Source of the DNA: a virus
Taxonomy: Duplodnaviria; Caudoviricetes
Reading direction: 5' to 3' (one strand)
DNA length: 49,942 nucleotides
Virus record (IMG/VR): IMGVR_UViG_3300044272_002383
Location: 1 to 49,942 of that record
Position 1 is the stretch's first letter, and each line of letters opens with the position of its first letter. The translations under genes were made by a program, and so were the position numbers. Below the pieces are notes generated by a model, which ran no database searches, was not told the origin of the DNA, and worked only from the letters and a program-made list of their open reading frames with translations. Shown piece after piece: positions 1-8,351 of this stretch.

Positions 1-180
1 ATCTATCTCGTCACAGTTCATGCAGTCGATATATGTAGCGCTTGTTACACTATCCACCTCGGCATCTGCTTTTACATTGTTAATAAACATGCTCAGCATT
101 ATTAAACCGCTTGTAATATACACAGTATTTACTACTAACTTCAACACTGTTAAGTGATTAAAGTTTACATTACTTTTCAT
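1..180 (-). CDS. small hypothetical protein with hydrophobic segment, runs off window (partial)
   Basis: Manual translation MKSNVNFNHLTVLKLVVNTVYITSGLIMLSMFINNVKADAEVDSVTSATYIDCMNCDEID..; start overlaps stop of the upstream ORF; CxxC near the window edge. Confidence 0.6.
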   Translation of the reverse strand, partial: MKSNVNFNHLTVLKLVVNTVYITSGLIMLSMFINNVKADAEVDSVTSATYIDCMNCDEID

Positions 181-298
181 TTTCACGTTTTTTAATCTCT
201 TCAACTAAGTCGCTGTTTACTTTACCGCTATATACTCGTTGGTTGTTAGCTATTAAGCGTAGTTGATCGAGTGTTAATGTTGTTAAATTTACTTTCAT
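170..298 (-). CDS. small hypothetical early protein (42 aa)
   Basis: Manual translation MKVNLTTLTLDQLRLIANNQRVYSGKVNSDLVEEIKKRENEK*; AT-rich leader; coupled to next ORF. Confidence 0.6.
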   Translation of the reverse strand: MKVNLTTLTLDQLRLIANNQRVYSGKVNSDLVEEIKKRENEK

Positions 299-302
299 AT
301 TA

Positions 303-371
303 TTATATTTTAGCGCCGTACTCGGCGATTTTTACTATTGTTGCTATTGTTATTAGTATTATAAATTCCAT
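303..371 (-). CDS. possible 22-aa hydrophobic peptide
   Basis: MEFIILITIATIVKIAEYGAKI*; begins just downstream of promoter-motif copy 1 and ends 4 nt before the next ATG. Confidence 0.3.
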   Translation of the reverse strand: MEFIILITIATIVKIAEYGAKI

Positions 372-376
372 ATTAT

Positions 377-408
377 TATTATCTTAATAAGTTCGTATTT
401 ATGTTGTA
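377..408 (-). promoter_or_regulatory. phage promoter-like repeat, copy 1
   Basis: Minus strand TACAACATAAATACGAA-N8-GATAATA. Confidence 0.7.
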
Positions 409-590
409 GTAGGTGTGGACTCGAACCACTTGATTGCCATCACTCGGAGTTAACTGGTATTTCACAGAGGGCTACAGCCGCCTTCACTACTATATATACT
501 CGTTCGCATTTTTTATAGTCGCTAAACGTAGTCAACTACGACTTAAGTCACCAGTGCTTAATCAGCACTTCGGCACTGGTTTTTGTTTGA
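406..590 (-). ncRNA. structured intergenic RNA candidate with tRNA-like T arm
   Basis: Minus strand GTGG-TTCGAGT-CCAC T arm; GTAGT..ACTAC closing stem (490/406); extra hairpins CCAGTGC..GCACTGG (551-579) and CGTAGT-TG-ACTACG; no clear anticodon or D arm. Confidence 0.35.
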
Positions 591-594
591 CTTA

Positions 595-816
595 CTATAC
601 TAACTCTTTGTCACGTAGTATAGTTGGAATATTATTCGTTGCAGTGTAAGACTTGTACTTTGACCAGCAGTTCATTGCTTCGAGTTTGTCTTTCATAATG
701 TCATACACTTTGTCATGATTATACTTTACAGTTTTACCATTTTTGAACATTACATTGATAGTTACATCTTTACCTATTAGTGATTTTCTCACTACAAATC
801 TTTTAGAATTTAGCAT
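595..816 (-). CDS. hypothetical early protein (73 aa)
   Basis: Normal protein composition; ATG about 30 nt downstream of promoter-motif copy 2. Confidence 0.8.
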   Translation of the reverse strand: MLNSKRFVVRKSLIGKDVTINVMFKNGKTVKYNHDKVYDIMKDKLEAMNCWSKYKSYTATNNIPTILRDKELV

Positions 817-846
817 AATTATATATTTTAAGTTGTTAGTTATTTA

Positions 847-878
847 TATTATCTTTTTTGTTTCGTATTTACATTGTA
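847..878 (-). promoter_or_regulatory. phage promoter-like repeat, copy 2
   Basis: Minus strand TACAATGTAAATACGAA-N8-GATAATA. Confidence 0.75.
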
Positions 879-967
879 AAAGTATATACTTTGTTTAGTT
901 ATTATTTTATTGTTGAGTGCTATTGCGCCGCACTTCATTACGTTTAAACGTATTTTTCGTATTTCAC

Positions 968-1015
968 TGTGACATTAGGTAGTTAAGTTATATAGAGTAA
1001 CTGGCTACTGTCACA
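968..1015. repeat. imperfect inverted repeat TGTGACA...TGTCACA
   Basis: TGTGACA-ttag-GTAGTTAAGTTA-tatagag-TAACTGGCTAC-TGTCACA in non-coding DNA. Confidence 0.6.
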
Positions 1016-1093
1016 CATAATCTTTACTCTGCGCCCATGATTCACTACTTTAATAAGTGATGCTCGACTTACGGTATTAATTACTTACATTTA

Positions 1094-1125
1094 TATTATC
1101 TATTTAAACTCGTATTTATATTGTA
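1094..1125 (-). promoter_or_regulatory. phage promoter-like repeat, copy 3
   Basis: Minus strand TACAATATAAATACGAG-N8-GATAATA. Confidence 0.7.
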
Positions 1126-1185
1126 TTTACTTTTATAATTATTATTTTTATTTTATTATTATTATTTTTATTTTGTTTACATTTA

Positions 1186-1217
1186 TATTATCTAATACAC
1201 TTCGTAATTACATTGTA
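1186..1217 (-). promoter_or_regulatory. phage promoter-like repeat, copy 4
   Basis: Minus strand TACAATGTAATTACGAA-N8-GATAATA. Confidence 0.7.
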
Positions 1218-1225
1218 TAATAAAA

Positions 1226-1257
1226 AACAAAGTAAATACGAAAATATATGGATAATA
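1226..1257 (+). promoter_or_regulatory. phage promoter-like repeat, copy 5 (divergent)
   Basis: Plus strand AACAAAGTAAATACGAA-N8-GATAATA, back-to-back with copy 4. Confidence 0.7.
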
Positions 1258-1268
1258 TATATAGAAAA

Positions 1269-1345
1269 AGGCGGGGGTGGGGCAAAATATATGGCTTTGT
1301 AGCAGGGGGTAGCTGTAGTATAGTGTAGTGTAGCACTCTACTCCA
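1269..1345. other. G-rich island at the strand switch (possible packaging or terminus site)
   Basis: GGCGGGGGTGGGG and GGGGG runs plus TAGTG repeats in very AT-rich intergenic DNA; function inferred only. Confidence 0.35.
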
Positions 1346-1381
1346 ATATTTACAATACGGAAGTAAATATGACTAGTACTA

Positions 1382-1393
1382 TGTAATTATCTT
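1382..1393 (+). promoter_or_regulatory. putative late promoter motif (TGTAA[CT]TAT)
   Basis: TGTAATTATCTT before the first late gene; recurs at 6160, 17933, 28894 and 41207. Confidence 0.5.
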
Positions 1394-1449
1394 CAATATA
1401 GGAAAACGGCAAAGTGTCGTATAATTATTAAACTTTTAAAAATAAAAAA

Positions 1450-1893
1450 ATGGCAGTAATAAAACCAACATTTTCACTCACATCTAATGCATCGACTGCT
1501 ACTACAGATGCAGGACCATTGAGTATAGCTTTGTCATTATCTGCAACAGACACTTTAACTGTAGATAAGGTACAAGCAGAGACAGTAACAGTAAGTACAA
1601 CAGAAGCAACATTGTTCGATGGTGACGCAATATCAGGTGGCGATGGTGCTGGAGGTACGGTAGGTAGCTTTGTATATATGAAAAATACTACTGGATCAAC
1701 TAGAAATATATTTATAGGTATAGTAGCAGACGGTGGTTCTGCAGCTGACTTAACAGCTTCTGGTGATACAGCAAGATTATTCACGTTAAAAGACGGAGAG
1801 TTTGCGTTTTTTCCATTTGATTATACAATGGACTTAACAGTTGATGCAGATGGTGCTGGAACATTAGAATATTTCTTATTTGACAGAGGATAA
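1450..1893 (+). CDS. putative virion structural or decoration protein
   Basis: 147 aa, T/A/D/G-rich and beta-like; first gene of the late region. Confidence 0.6.
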   Translation: MAVIKPTFSLTSNASTATTDAGPLSIALSLSATDTLTVDKVQAETVTVSTTEATLFDGDAISGGDGAGGTVGSFVYMKNTTGSTRNIFIGIVADGGSAADLTASGDTARLFTLKDGEFAFFPFDYTMDLTVDADGAGTLEYFLFDRG

Positions 1894-2075
1894 TGGCATT
1901 TAAGATGAAAGGTTTTAGAGCAAAACGTAGTCCTTTAAAAGTAGAGGACTACGACTCTTTAACAGAAAAAGAAAAAGCTGAACTTTACGAAAAAATAATG
2001 GCTGAACAAGCTGAAGAAGATGAAAAAGCCGAAAGACTTAGTGTGCATAGACCTTCAAGAGGTGGTGCATATTAA
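1893..2075 (+). CDS. small protein with shared N-terminal tag (MAFKMKGF..SPLK)
   Basis: 60 aa; TAATG overlap with upstream gene; tag shared with other ORFs. Confidence 0.75.
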   Translation: MAFKMKGFRAKRSPLKVEDYDSLTEKEKAELYEKIMAEQAEEDEKAERLSVHRPSRGGAY

Positions 2076-2111
2076 CCAAAAACAATTAATAACCAATAAA
2101 AACAAACCGAT

Positions 2112-2405
2112 ATGACATACATATACTATAAAAGTAGTAGTTATACTACAGAACCTAAAATTTCAGAGCAACAATTAGCAGAGTGGAAGCACTTAGCTGA
2201 TAAAAAGAACTGGAGAATTACACAATTACCAAACGGGTTTTACCAAACAGAAGTAAATAAACCTAATAATGAAGATAAATGGGTCGATATTACTCGAAGA
2301 GAGACGCTCGAAGGTGCCGAAGCGGCAATAAATGGAAGTGTTGAGCACTTTGAGAAAAAATTAGAGTATACAAAAGGCCCAAAAGTTGTAAAAACGTTTA
2401 AATAG
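2112..2405 (+). CDS. hypothetical protein
   Basis: 97-aa ORF in operon context. Confidence 0.8.
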   Translation: MTYIYYKSSSYTTEPKISEQQLAEWKHLADKKNWRITQLPNGFYQTEVNKPNNEDKWVDITRRETLEGAEAAINGSVEHFEKKLEYTKGPKVVKTFK

Positions 2406-3278
2406 ATGAATAAAAAAGGAAAAAGAGGATTTAAGATGAAGGGTTTTTGTCCAAAATCCTCTTCTCCTATGCGAAAACTTGGAGATGCAACAAAAGCAGA
2501 CGGATCTAGTAAAAGTGCTAGAAGAATTGTTGCAGAAAATAGATTACTACAGTTAACAGACTTTCTTAGAAAGCCAAAAGACAGAAGAGGATATCCAATA
2601 AGTCAAAGAGGTCAAGAAATAAGAAGAAAAGCTATAGCAAGACAAGAGAAAAAAGAGATGGAAGAGTGGAATAAGAAGAGATTATCTAGTCCTCAAAAAC
2701 CTATTGGCACACCAGGTGCAGCTCCAATAGTAGCAGAAAGACCTTTTGCAACTACATACAAACCTTTATCACAAGAAGAGCAAAAAATGATAGCTGATGA
2801 TATAGGTAAAATGGGTAACTTTGGTTATATGGATCCAAGACTTACTCAAGGTTATAATCTAAGTACACCTGATGGAAGAAAAAGATTAAATAAAATAAAT
2901 GCTTATCATTTCTATATGACTGGTGCTGCTAGAAAAACTCCAGAAGATCAAGCTAAAATGAGAGAAAGATTACATCAAAAACTCTCTGCTATGGAAGATA
3001 AGCAAAAAGTTAGTAACTACATGGGTGACATGACATCGTATGATAAATACGGTAGATCAATAGCGGAAAGACAAGATAAATACAGAAAGCAAGTTAGAGA
3101 TTCTGTTGGTGTAGATCCAAAAACAGGTAGATTAATAGTATCAAAAGTACCATTAACAGAAAAGCAGAGAATGGAAAGAGATTATCCTGAATTAGCAGAG
3201 CAAGCTAGAAGAAGAGCAGAGACTGCTAATAGAACAAGAAGGCGTAATGGTAGAAGAAGAAGACGTAGAAGAGTATAA
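2406..3278 (+). CDS. basic protein with tag (GFKMKGF..SPMRK) and poly-Arg tail
   Basis: 290 aa, K/R-rich; ends RTRRRNGRRRRRRRV. Confidence 0.8.
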   Translation: MNKKGKRGFKMKGFCPKSSSPMRKLGDATKADGSSKSARRIVAENRLLQLTDFLRKPKDRRGYPISQRGQEIRRKAIARQEKKEMEEWNKKRLSSPQKPIGTPGAAPIVAERPFATTYKPLSQEEQKMIADDIGKMGNFGYMDPRLTQGYNLSTPDGRKRLNKINAYHFYMTGAARKTPEDQAKMRERLHQKLSAMEDKQKVSNYMGDMTSYDKYGRSIAERQDKYRKQVRDSVGVDPKTGRLIVSKVPLTEKQRMERDYPELAEQARRRAETANRTRRRNGRRRRRRRV

Positions 3279-3279
3279 T

Positions 3280-3657
3280 ATGGCTTATAAATTAGGTAAA
3301 GAACGAAGACAAATACGTAATTCTAATAATACACCTATATTTAGTAAAAAGCTAGATAAAGGTATATTAGGTGAAGCTAACAACGATGGTTCTATATTTG
3401 TAGATAAAAGTGTTAAGCCTGGCACTAAAAAATTTAGAAGAGTTGTTGCGCACGAAAAACAGCACATAAAAGACATGAAGTCTGGTAGAGCTGGATATAC
3501 TGATAAAACTGTTACGTGGGAAGGTAAGACATTTAAGAGAGATGGTAATGGTAATATAAGTGGAAAATTAAATGGTAAACTAGTTGTTGCACCTGAAGGT
3601 AGTAAAGTGTGGCCTTGGGAAAAGTCAGCAATTAGAGCAGAAAAAAAGGTTAAATAA
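3280..3657 (+). CDS. small zincin-like metalloprotease (HExxH)
   Basis: Likely start MAYKLGK at 3280; GEANNDGSIFV strand, VVAHEKQH motif at 3451-3465 and downstream PWE as possible third ligand. Confidence 0.7.
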   Translation: MAYKLGKERRQIRNSNNTPIFSKKLDKGILGEANNDGSIFVDKSVKPGTKKFRRVVAHEKQHIKDMKSGRAGYTDKTVTWEGKTFKRDGNGNISGKLNGKLVVAPEGSKVWPWEKSAIRAEKKVK

Positions 3658-3672
3658 TTAAAATAAAAAACA

Positions 3673-3921
3673 ATGGCATACAAGCAAAAAGGGTTTAGCC
3701 CATTTACAATTAAAGAAGAATCAGCTATGAAAGCTGGACATAAAAAGTCGGTTCCAGTACCTAAAAAAAATGAAACACCTGCACAAGTTGTTGCAAGGTT
3801 ACAAAGAAAAGAAAAGCAAGGTACTATAACAGCTGCTGAAAAAAGAAAATTAAACAAAATGCAAAATGAAATGGATAAGTTCTACAGTAGTAAGAAAAAA
3901 GATCCATTTGGAGATAAATAA
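3673..3921 (+). CDS. small basic tagged protein (MAYKQKGFSPFTI)
   Basis: 82 aa, K-rich. Confidence 0.8.
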   Translation: MAYKQKGFSPFTIKEESAMKAGHKKSVPVPKKNETPAQVVARLQRKEKQGTITAAEKRKLNKMQNEMDKFYSSKKKDPFGDK

Positions 3922-3923
3922 TT

Positions 3924-4277
3924 ATGGCGTATAAACAAAAAGGCTTTTCTCCGTTTACTATTATAACGAATAAAAAGAAAAAACCAGTTGACGACGATAC
4001 TGACAGAATGTCTAATAGAGAAAATAGAAGACATGAAAGAAAAGTAGAGAAATACAACAAAGAAAGAGGTAACTATGCTAAAATGCGTGATAACTCTAGA
4101 TTAATGGATAAGCTAAAAGATCAAGAAATTGATTTAGGAAGAGAACTATCTAAGTTTAATCAAATGACAAAAGATGGAATAACTTTAAATGAAGCAGGAA
4201 AAGCTAGATTAAAAGAACTAAAAAGAGAAATTGCTAGCAACAAAAGACTTTTAAAAAATATAAGAAAAGCTAAATAA
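3924..4277 (+). CDS. small basic tagged protein (MAYKQKGFSPFTI)
   Basis: 117 aa; first 13 aa identical to the upstream ORF, remainder unrelated. Confidence 0.8.
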   Translation: MAYKQKGFSPFTIITNKKKKPVDDDTDRMSNRENRRHERKVEKYNKERGNYAKMRDNSRLMDKLKDQEIDLGRELSKFNQMTKDGITLNEAGKARLKELKREIASNKRLLKNIRKAK

Positions 4278-4330
4278 TATAAAACAGAGGTAATAATACC
4301 TACAAGCAATTAAATTAAATTAAATTAAAT

Positions 4331-5896
4331 ATGGAATACAACTTACCAAGTGATTTGGTTAAGAACCTCGACTTTGGAGGTGACGCCAAAGAAAGAGTAA
4401 TTAAAGGTGTTAATAAGTTAGCCCAAGCCGTTAAATCCACACTAGGTGCGTCAGGTAAATGTGTTATCTACGAAGACGGACGAGGCAAACCGGTCATAAC
4501 AAAAGATGGTGTAACCGTTGCAGAAAGCGTAGTCTTGTTAGACTCGGTTGAAAACATGGGTGCAACTTTAATTAAAGAAGCTGCCAGAAATACAGTGCGC
4601 GATGCTGGTGACGGCACAACAACTGCTACAGTATTAGCTGAAGCATTAATCAAACAAATAGACGCTGCGGTCGCAGATGGTCTTACAATCAGAGAAATAA
4701 AAGATGGAGTAAATAAAACACTAAATGAAGTTATTAGTTATTTAAATGATATAGCTACTGACGTTGAAGGTGATATGTTAAAGTCTGTTAGTGCTATATC
4801 TTGCAATAACGATAAAGAGCTAGGTGCTATAATAGCTGAGGCTTATGATAAAGTTGGTAAGCAAGGTGTTGTACTAATGGAAGAAAGCGAGTCAGATGAA
4901 ACATACGTTGACATTGTAGACGGTGTTAAAGTAGAGTGTGGCCTTACGTCACCTCATTTTGTTACTAACACTGATAAACAAACATGTGAGTTAGATAATC
5001 CTTTAGTATTTGTATGTTCATCTGAAATACCTAATATACGTAAAATACAAAGTATACTTGAGTATGTTATTAAAAATAATAGAGCTTTATTAATAGTAGC
5101 ACCAGTAGCACAGCAAGTTAAAGCCGCACTGCTTATGAATAAAGTAAAAGGTAATATTAAAGTAAACATTATTGATTTACCAGGCTTTGGTCCTACTAAA
5201 AAAGATGCTACAGAAGATTTAGCTATACTAACAGGTGCTACACTAATGAACGAAGAGTTAGGTGATGATTTAGATTTAATGAAGCCTGAGCATTTAGGTG
5301 AAGCTGAGTTTGCTGTAACAGATGATAAACAAACAGTGCTTACGCTAGAAGACATGACTAAAGACATTGAAAATAGAATAGATGAACTTAGTAATAAGCT
5401 AGCTAATGAAGAAAATGGTTTTTTTAAAAAGAAGTTAGAAGAAAGACTAGCTATGTTATCAGGTAGTGTAGGTATAATTAAAGTAGGGGCAAACTCTAAG
5501 GTTGAACTTAAAGAGAAGAAAGATCGTGTTGAAGATGCTATATACGCTACAAGAGCCGCATTACAAGAAGGTATTGTACCAGGTGGTGGTGTAGCATTAT
5601 TAAACGCTAGCCAAAAGATTGTAGCTGATGATGCTGGTAGAGTGTTACTTAATGCGCTATCGTCACCATACGAAACTATATTAGATAACGCTGGTATGAA
5701 AGTTGGTAAAGATATGCAAGATGGTTATGGCTGCAATGTTATAACAGGTGGTTTTGTTAATATGATTAATGAAGGTATTATTGATCCAGTGCTTGTAACT
5801 AAGTCTGCACTTAAAAATGCTGTAAGTGTTGCGTTAACTATTATGTCAGCTGATTGTGTAATTTCAAATATAAGAGTACAAAATGCAAGCAGTTAA
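4331..5896 (+). CDS. groEL: phage-encoded chaperonin GroEL (Cpn60)
   Basis: ITKDGVTVA, AGDGTTTATVLA, PGFG, KKDRVEDA, EGIVPGGG and GIIDP motifs; no GGM tail. Confidence 0.97.
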   Translation: MEYNLPSDLVKNLDFGGDAKERVIKGVNKLAQAVKSTLGASGKCVIYEDGRGKPVITKDGVTVAESVVLLDSVENMGATLIKEAARNTVRDAGDGTTTATVLAEALIKQIDAAVADGLTIREIKDGVNKTLNEVISYLNDIATDVEGDMLKSVSAISCNNDKELGAIIAEAYDKVGKQGVVLMEESESDETYVDIVDGVKVECGLTSPHFVTNTDKQTCELDNPLVFVCSSEIPNIRKIQSILEYVIKNNRALLIVAPVAQQVKAALLMNKVKGNIKVNIIDLPGFGPTKKDATEDLAILTGATLMNEELGDDLDLMKPEHLGEAEFAVTDDKQTVLTLEDMTKDIENRIDELSNKLANEENGFFKKKLEERLAMLSGSVGIIKVGANSKVELKEKKDRVEDAIYATRAALQEGIVPGGGVALLNASQKIVADDAGRVLLNALSSPYETILDNAGMKVGKDMQDGYGCNVITGGFVNMINEGIIDPVLVTKSALKNAVSVALTIMSADCVISNIRVQNASS

Positions 5897-6140
5897 CGAT
5901 TACGTAATAGTTGATATAGTAAAAGAAGGACCAAAGAAAGTTGGTGGCTTTATATTAACTGATGAAACAGACGAAACAAACAGATATAAAAAAGCAAAAA
6001 TTATATCTGTAGGCAATGATGTTCCTATTGTTAAAAAAGGTGATGTAATATACTATGACGCCGTTGCTGGTCACGATATAGCTTATAATGATACAATGTA
6101 TCGAGTTATACGCGCTAGGGATATAGTTATAGTAGAATAA
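5883..6140 (+). CDS. groES: co-chaperonin GroES (Cpn10)
   Basis: MQAVNDYVIV..KVGGFIL..IISVG..VKKGDVI; directly follows groEL. Confidence 0.92.
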   Translation: MQAVNDYVIVDIVKEGPKKVGGFILTDETDETNRYKKAKIISVGNDVPIVKKGDVIYYDAVAGHDIAYNDTMYRVIRARDIVIVE

Positions 6141-6159
6141 TTACTATTTAGTAAAAACG

Positions 6160-6173
6160 TGTAATATCTATTA
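6160..6173 (+). promoter_or_regulatory. putative late promoter motif (variant)
   Basis: ACG-TGTAATATCTATTA in the gap after groES. Confidence 0.4.
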
Positions 6174-6257
6174 AAGTAGATTAAACACAAACTATAAACC
6201 ATAAACAATAAACACAAAATCATAAATTAATTAATAATCATTTAAAAAAATAATAAT

Positions 6258-6626
6258 ATGACAAAGTATTTAATTTTCAATGAAGACGCAACTACCGCTA
6301 ATATTGGTGATGAAGCACATGACGTGTACATGGCTGACGTTAGTAGACTTAGAGGTGTAACTAATGATGCTACTAGTGGTACTGATTTAGTTTTACATTT
6401 TAGCAGCTCCGCTGAAGGAGATGCTGACGGTGACGCTAGTTCTAGTGATACTGTTACTCTAACTATTACTGAAAATAAGCACGTTAAAGTTATGAAAGAT
6501 TTAGCTCAAGCTATTAACCAAGGGCCACATAGCGATGGAGCTATTGTTCTTTTTGATGCTGAAGCTGGAACTTCTTTTTCAAGTGACGTTTCTGCGATAG
6601 CAATTGCGGTATCTGCTGCTGATTAA
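6258..6626 (+). CDS. acidic hypothetical protein, possibly structural
   Basis: 122 aa, D/A/S/T-rich; long A-rich leader. Confidence 0.7.
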   Translation: MTKYLIFNEDATTANIGDEAHDVYMADVSRLRGVTNDATSGTDLVLHFSSSAEGDADGDASSSDTVTLTITENKHVKVMKDLAQAINQGPHSDGAIVLFDAEAGTSFSSDVSAIAIAVSAAD

Positions 6627-6633
6627 TTTTAGC

Positions 6634-7074
6634 ATGCGGCTAACTAGTCACGATTTACGTGATTTACAAATCCTTAAGTATTACAGGCTCGTTAGAAAAT
6701 GGGCCTGTAAAACTTACGGGTTAACAGACGCTGATCTTGAATTACTAATTTATTTAGACTGCAAAGGAAGATTTACGCGTCAAGAATTTATCGACGGTAC
6801 TTACACAATGAGTTGGGATAAAAACCGTTGGGAAAAATTAAGGAGGAATGGTTGGATCGAAGCGTGGCGACATAGAAACAGAACAACCATCAAATACTCT
6901 GTATTCAAAACCTCCTTTAAGTGTTCGCACTTAATAAGTAGAATATATAGAATACTCTTAGGTGAAGAAGATATACCTACTTCAATAAAGAGTGTATTTT
7001 TTAATAACAAATCATACACCGATAAGGTAATGAATAAGTCTATCGATGATATGATAAAAGATAATGAACGATGA
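6634..7074 (+). CDS. hypothetical protein, possible winged-helix DNA-binding protein
   Basis: ATG at 6634 avoids overlap; YGLTDADLELLIYL..RFTRQEF..LRRNGWIE resembles a MarR-type wHTH. Confidence 0.6.
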   Translation: MRLTSHDLRDLQILKYYRLVRKWACKTYGLTDADLELLIYLDCKGRFTRQEFIDGTYTMSWDKNRWEKLRRNGWIEAWRHRNRTTIKYSVFKTSFKCSHLISRIYRILLGEEDIPTSIKSVFFNNKSYTDKVMNKSIDDMIKDNER

Positions 7075-7493
7075 TAGGAAATGTAATTGGTAGTTTATTC
7101 AGTAAAGTAGTTAATAATGCAGAAGGAATACTTGACAAAGTTGTTACAACAGACAAAGAAAGAGCTGAAGCTAAGCTTGCAATCAAGAGCTTACTACTCG
7201 AAGCTGAAAAAGAAGCCTTCGCAAAAGAAGTCGAAGACAGAAAGAGCGCTAGAGATATGTACAAAGACGACGCGTTTATTCAAAAAGTACTTGCAACGTT
7301 ATTTACTGCTGCGTACTTCGGACTAAGTTTTATGATGTTTAAAGTCTTTGTAGTTAAAGAAATAAACTTAGGTGAGTTTGAAATTAGTTTCATCTCAACA
7401 ATATTCGGTGCTATGAGCGCCAAAGTTAACACAGTTGTCGACTTCTTCTTTGGAGGATCGTCAAAGAAAAATGAACAAATAAATAAAAAATAA
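7071..7493 (+). CDS. putative holin
   Basis: Amphipathic N-terminus, coiled segment with SAR motif, two hydrophobic helices, FFFGGSSKK end. Confidence 0.7.
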   Translation: MIGNVIGSLFSKVVNNAEGILDKVVTTDKERAEAKLAIKSLLLEAEKEAFAKEVEDRKSARDMYKDDAFIQKVLATLFTAAYFGLSFMMFKVFVVKEINLGEFEISFISTIFGAMSAKVNTVVDFFFGGSSKKNEQINKK

Positions 7494-7494
7494 A

Positions 7495-8322
7495 ATGAAA
7501 AATTTTTTTACAGTAGACGTAATACCTGATATAGTTAATGGTGATGTTTCAAACATAATAGCATCTAATAAAGCCCATATAGATATTGGTATAAATGATA
7601 TATTATTTGATTGGACAGCGGTAGATATACCTAGAGGAACTAGTGTTTTAAGAACTGTATACGCTTTAGTTAATGGTGAAGATTCTAGTACACACGCTTC
7701 TGGTAAGTCTGGTATTAGTCTTTTTTTCGCTAAGTCGACAAATGGTCAAGCGCCTCAGTCTATGGGAACTGTAGGAACTGCTTTTAGCTCTGCTACTGTT
7801 GGTGAAAGCGCAAATGGTTATAGAGATAAACTTATAGGTAATTGCTTACTAGATCCTGATGCTCATATATATAATTCAGATTCTTTTGCTTTTGGATTTT
7901 CATATAATACAAGTTTAACATTAGGACCTGGTAATACAGGCACAGGATCTGTTGCGGGCTTACCTATTATTATGGATTTTGAACCTGAAAGTGGATCACA
8001 CGTTGGTTTTGATAAACTTTATGTAATGGGTGTTTTAGATTCTGTTGCAAGAGGTTTTCAAACGGGTGTAATAGTTAATGGTGCTATAACAAGTGATACA
8101 GAAGATACTATAGCTGTTGATGGTGTTAAAGCTCATACTATGTTTTCTATTGGTGATACTGTTTATGTGCATGACGTAGATTCTCCTTTAGGTACTGTTA
8201 AATCTGTAACAGCTAGTACAATAACATTAAATGCGCCTATAGCTGGTGGAACAGACTTAGCTGATGATGACGAGTTGGTAAATGCTAATCCAATAAGAAT
8301 AAGACTTGGATTTGAAAGATAA
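7495..8322 (+). CDS. putative virion or decoration protein
   Basis: 275 aa, G/S/T/D-rich; C-terminal FSIGDTVY..GTVKSV..ITL beta module. Confidence 0.6.
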   Translation: MKNFFTVDVIPDIVNGDVSNIIASNKAHIDIGINDILFDWTAVDIPRGTSVLRTVYALVNGEDSSTHASGKSGISLFFAKSTNGQAPQSMGTVGTAFSSATVGESANGYRDKLIGNCLLDPDAHIYNSDSFAFGFSYNTSLTLGPGNTGTGSVAGLPIIMDFEPESGSHVGFDKLYVMGVLDSVARGFQTGVIVNGAITSDTEDTIAVDGVKAHTMFSIGDTVYVHDVDSPLGTVKSVTASTITLNAPIAGGTDLADDDELVNANPIRIRLGFER

Positions 8323-8351
8323 AATAAAAACAAATTAAATTAAATTAAATT

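Noticed and set aside
406-490. Canonical functional tRNA gene
   Set aside because: Only the T arm and a partial acceptor stem are present, with no convincing D or anticodon arm; kept as an ncRNA candidate only
434-649. Plus-strand 71-aa ORF
   Set aside because: Non-ATG start, opposes the local minus-strand transcription, overlaps 595-816 and the structured region
377-1257. CRISPR array formed by the 32-bp repeats
   Set aside because: Irregular spacing, a variable internal 8 nt, both orientations, genes between copies and no cas genes
4331-6140. Bacterial chromosomal groESL, implying a prophage boundary or host contamination
   Set aside because: Reversed gene order, divergent sequence without the GGM tail, and seamless embedding among phage late genes
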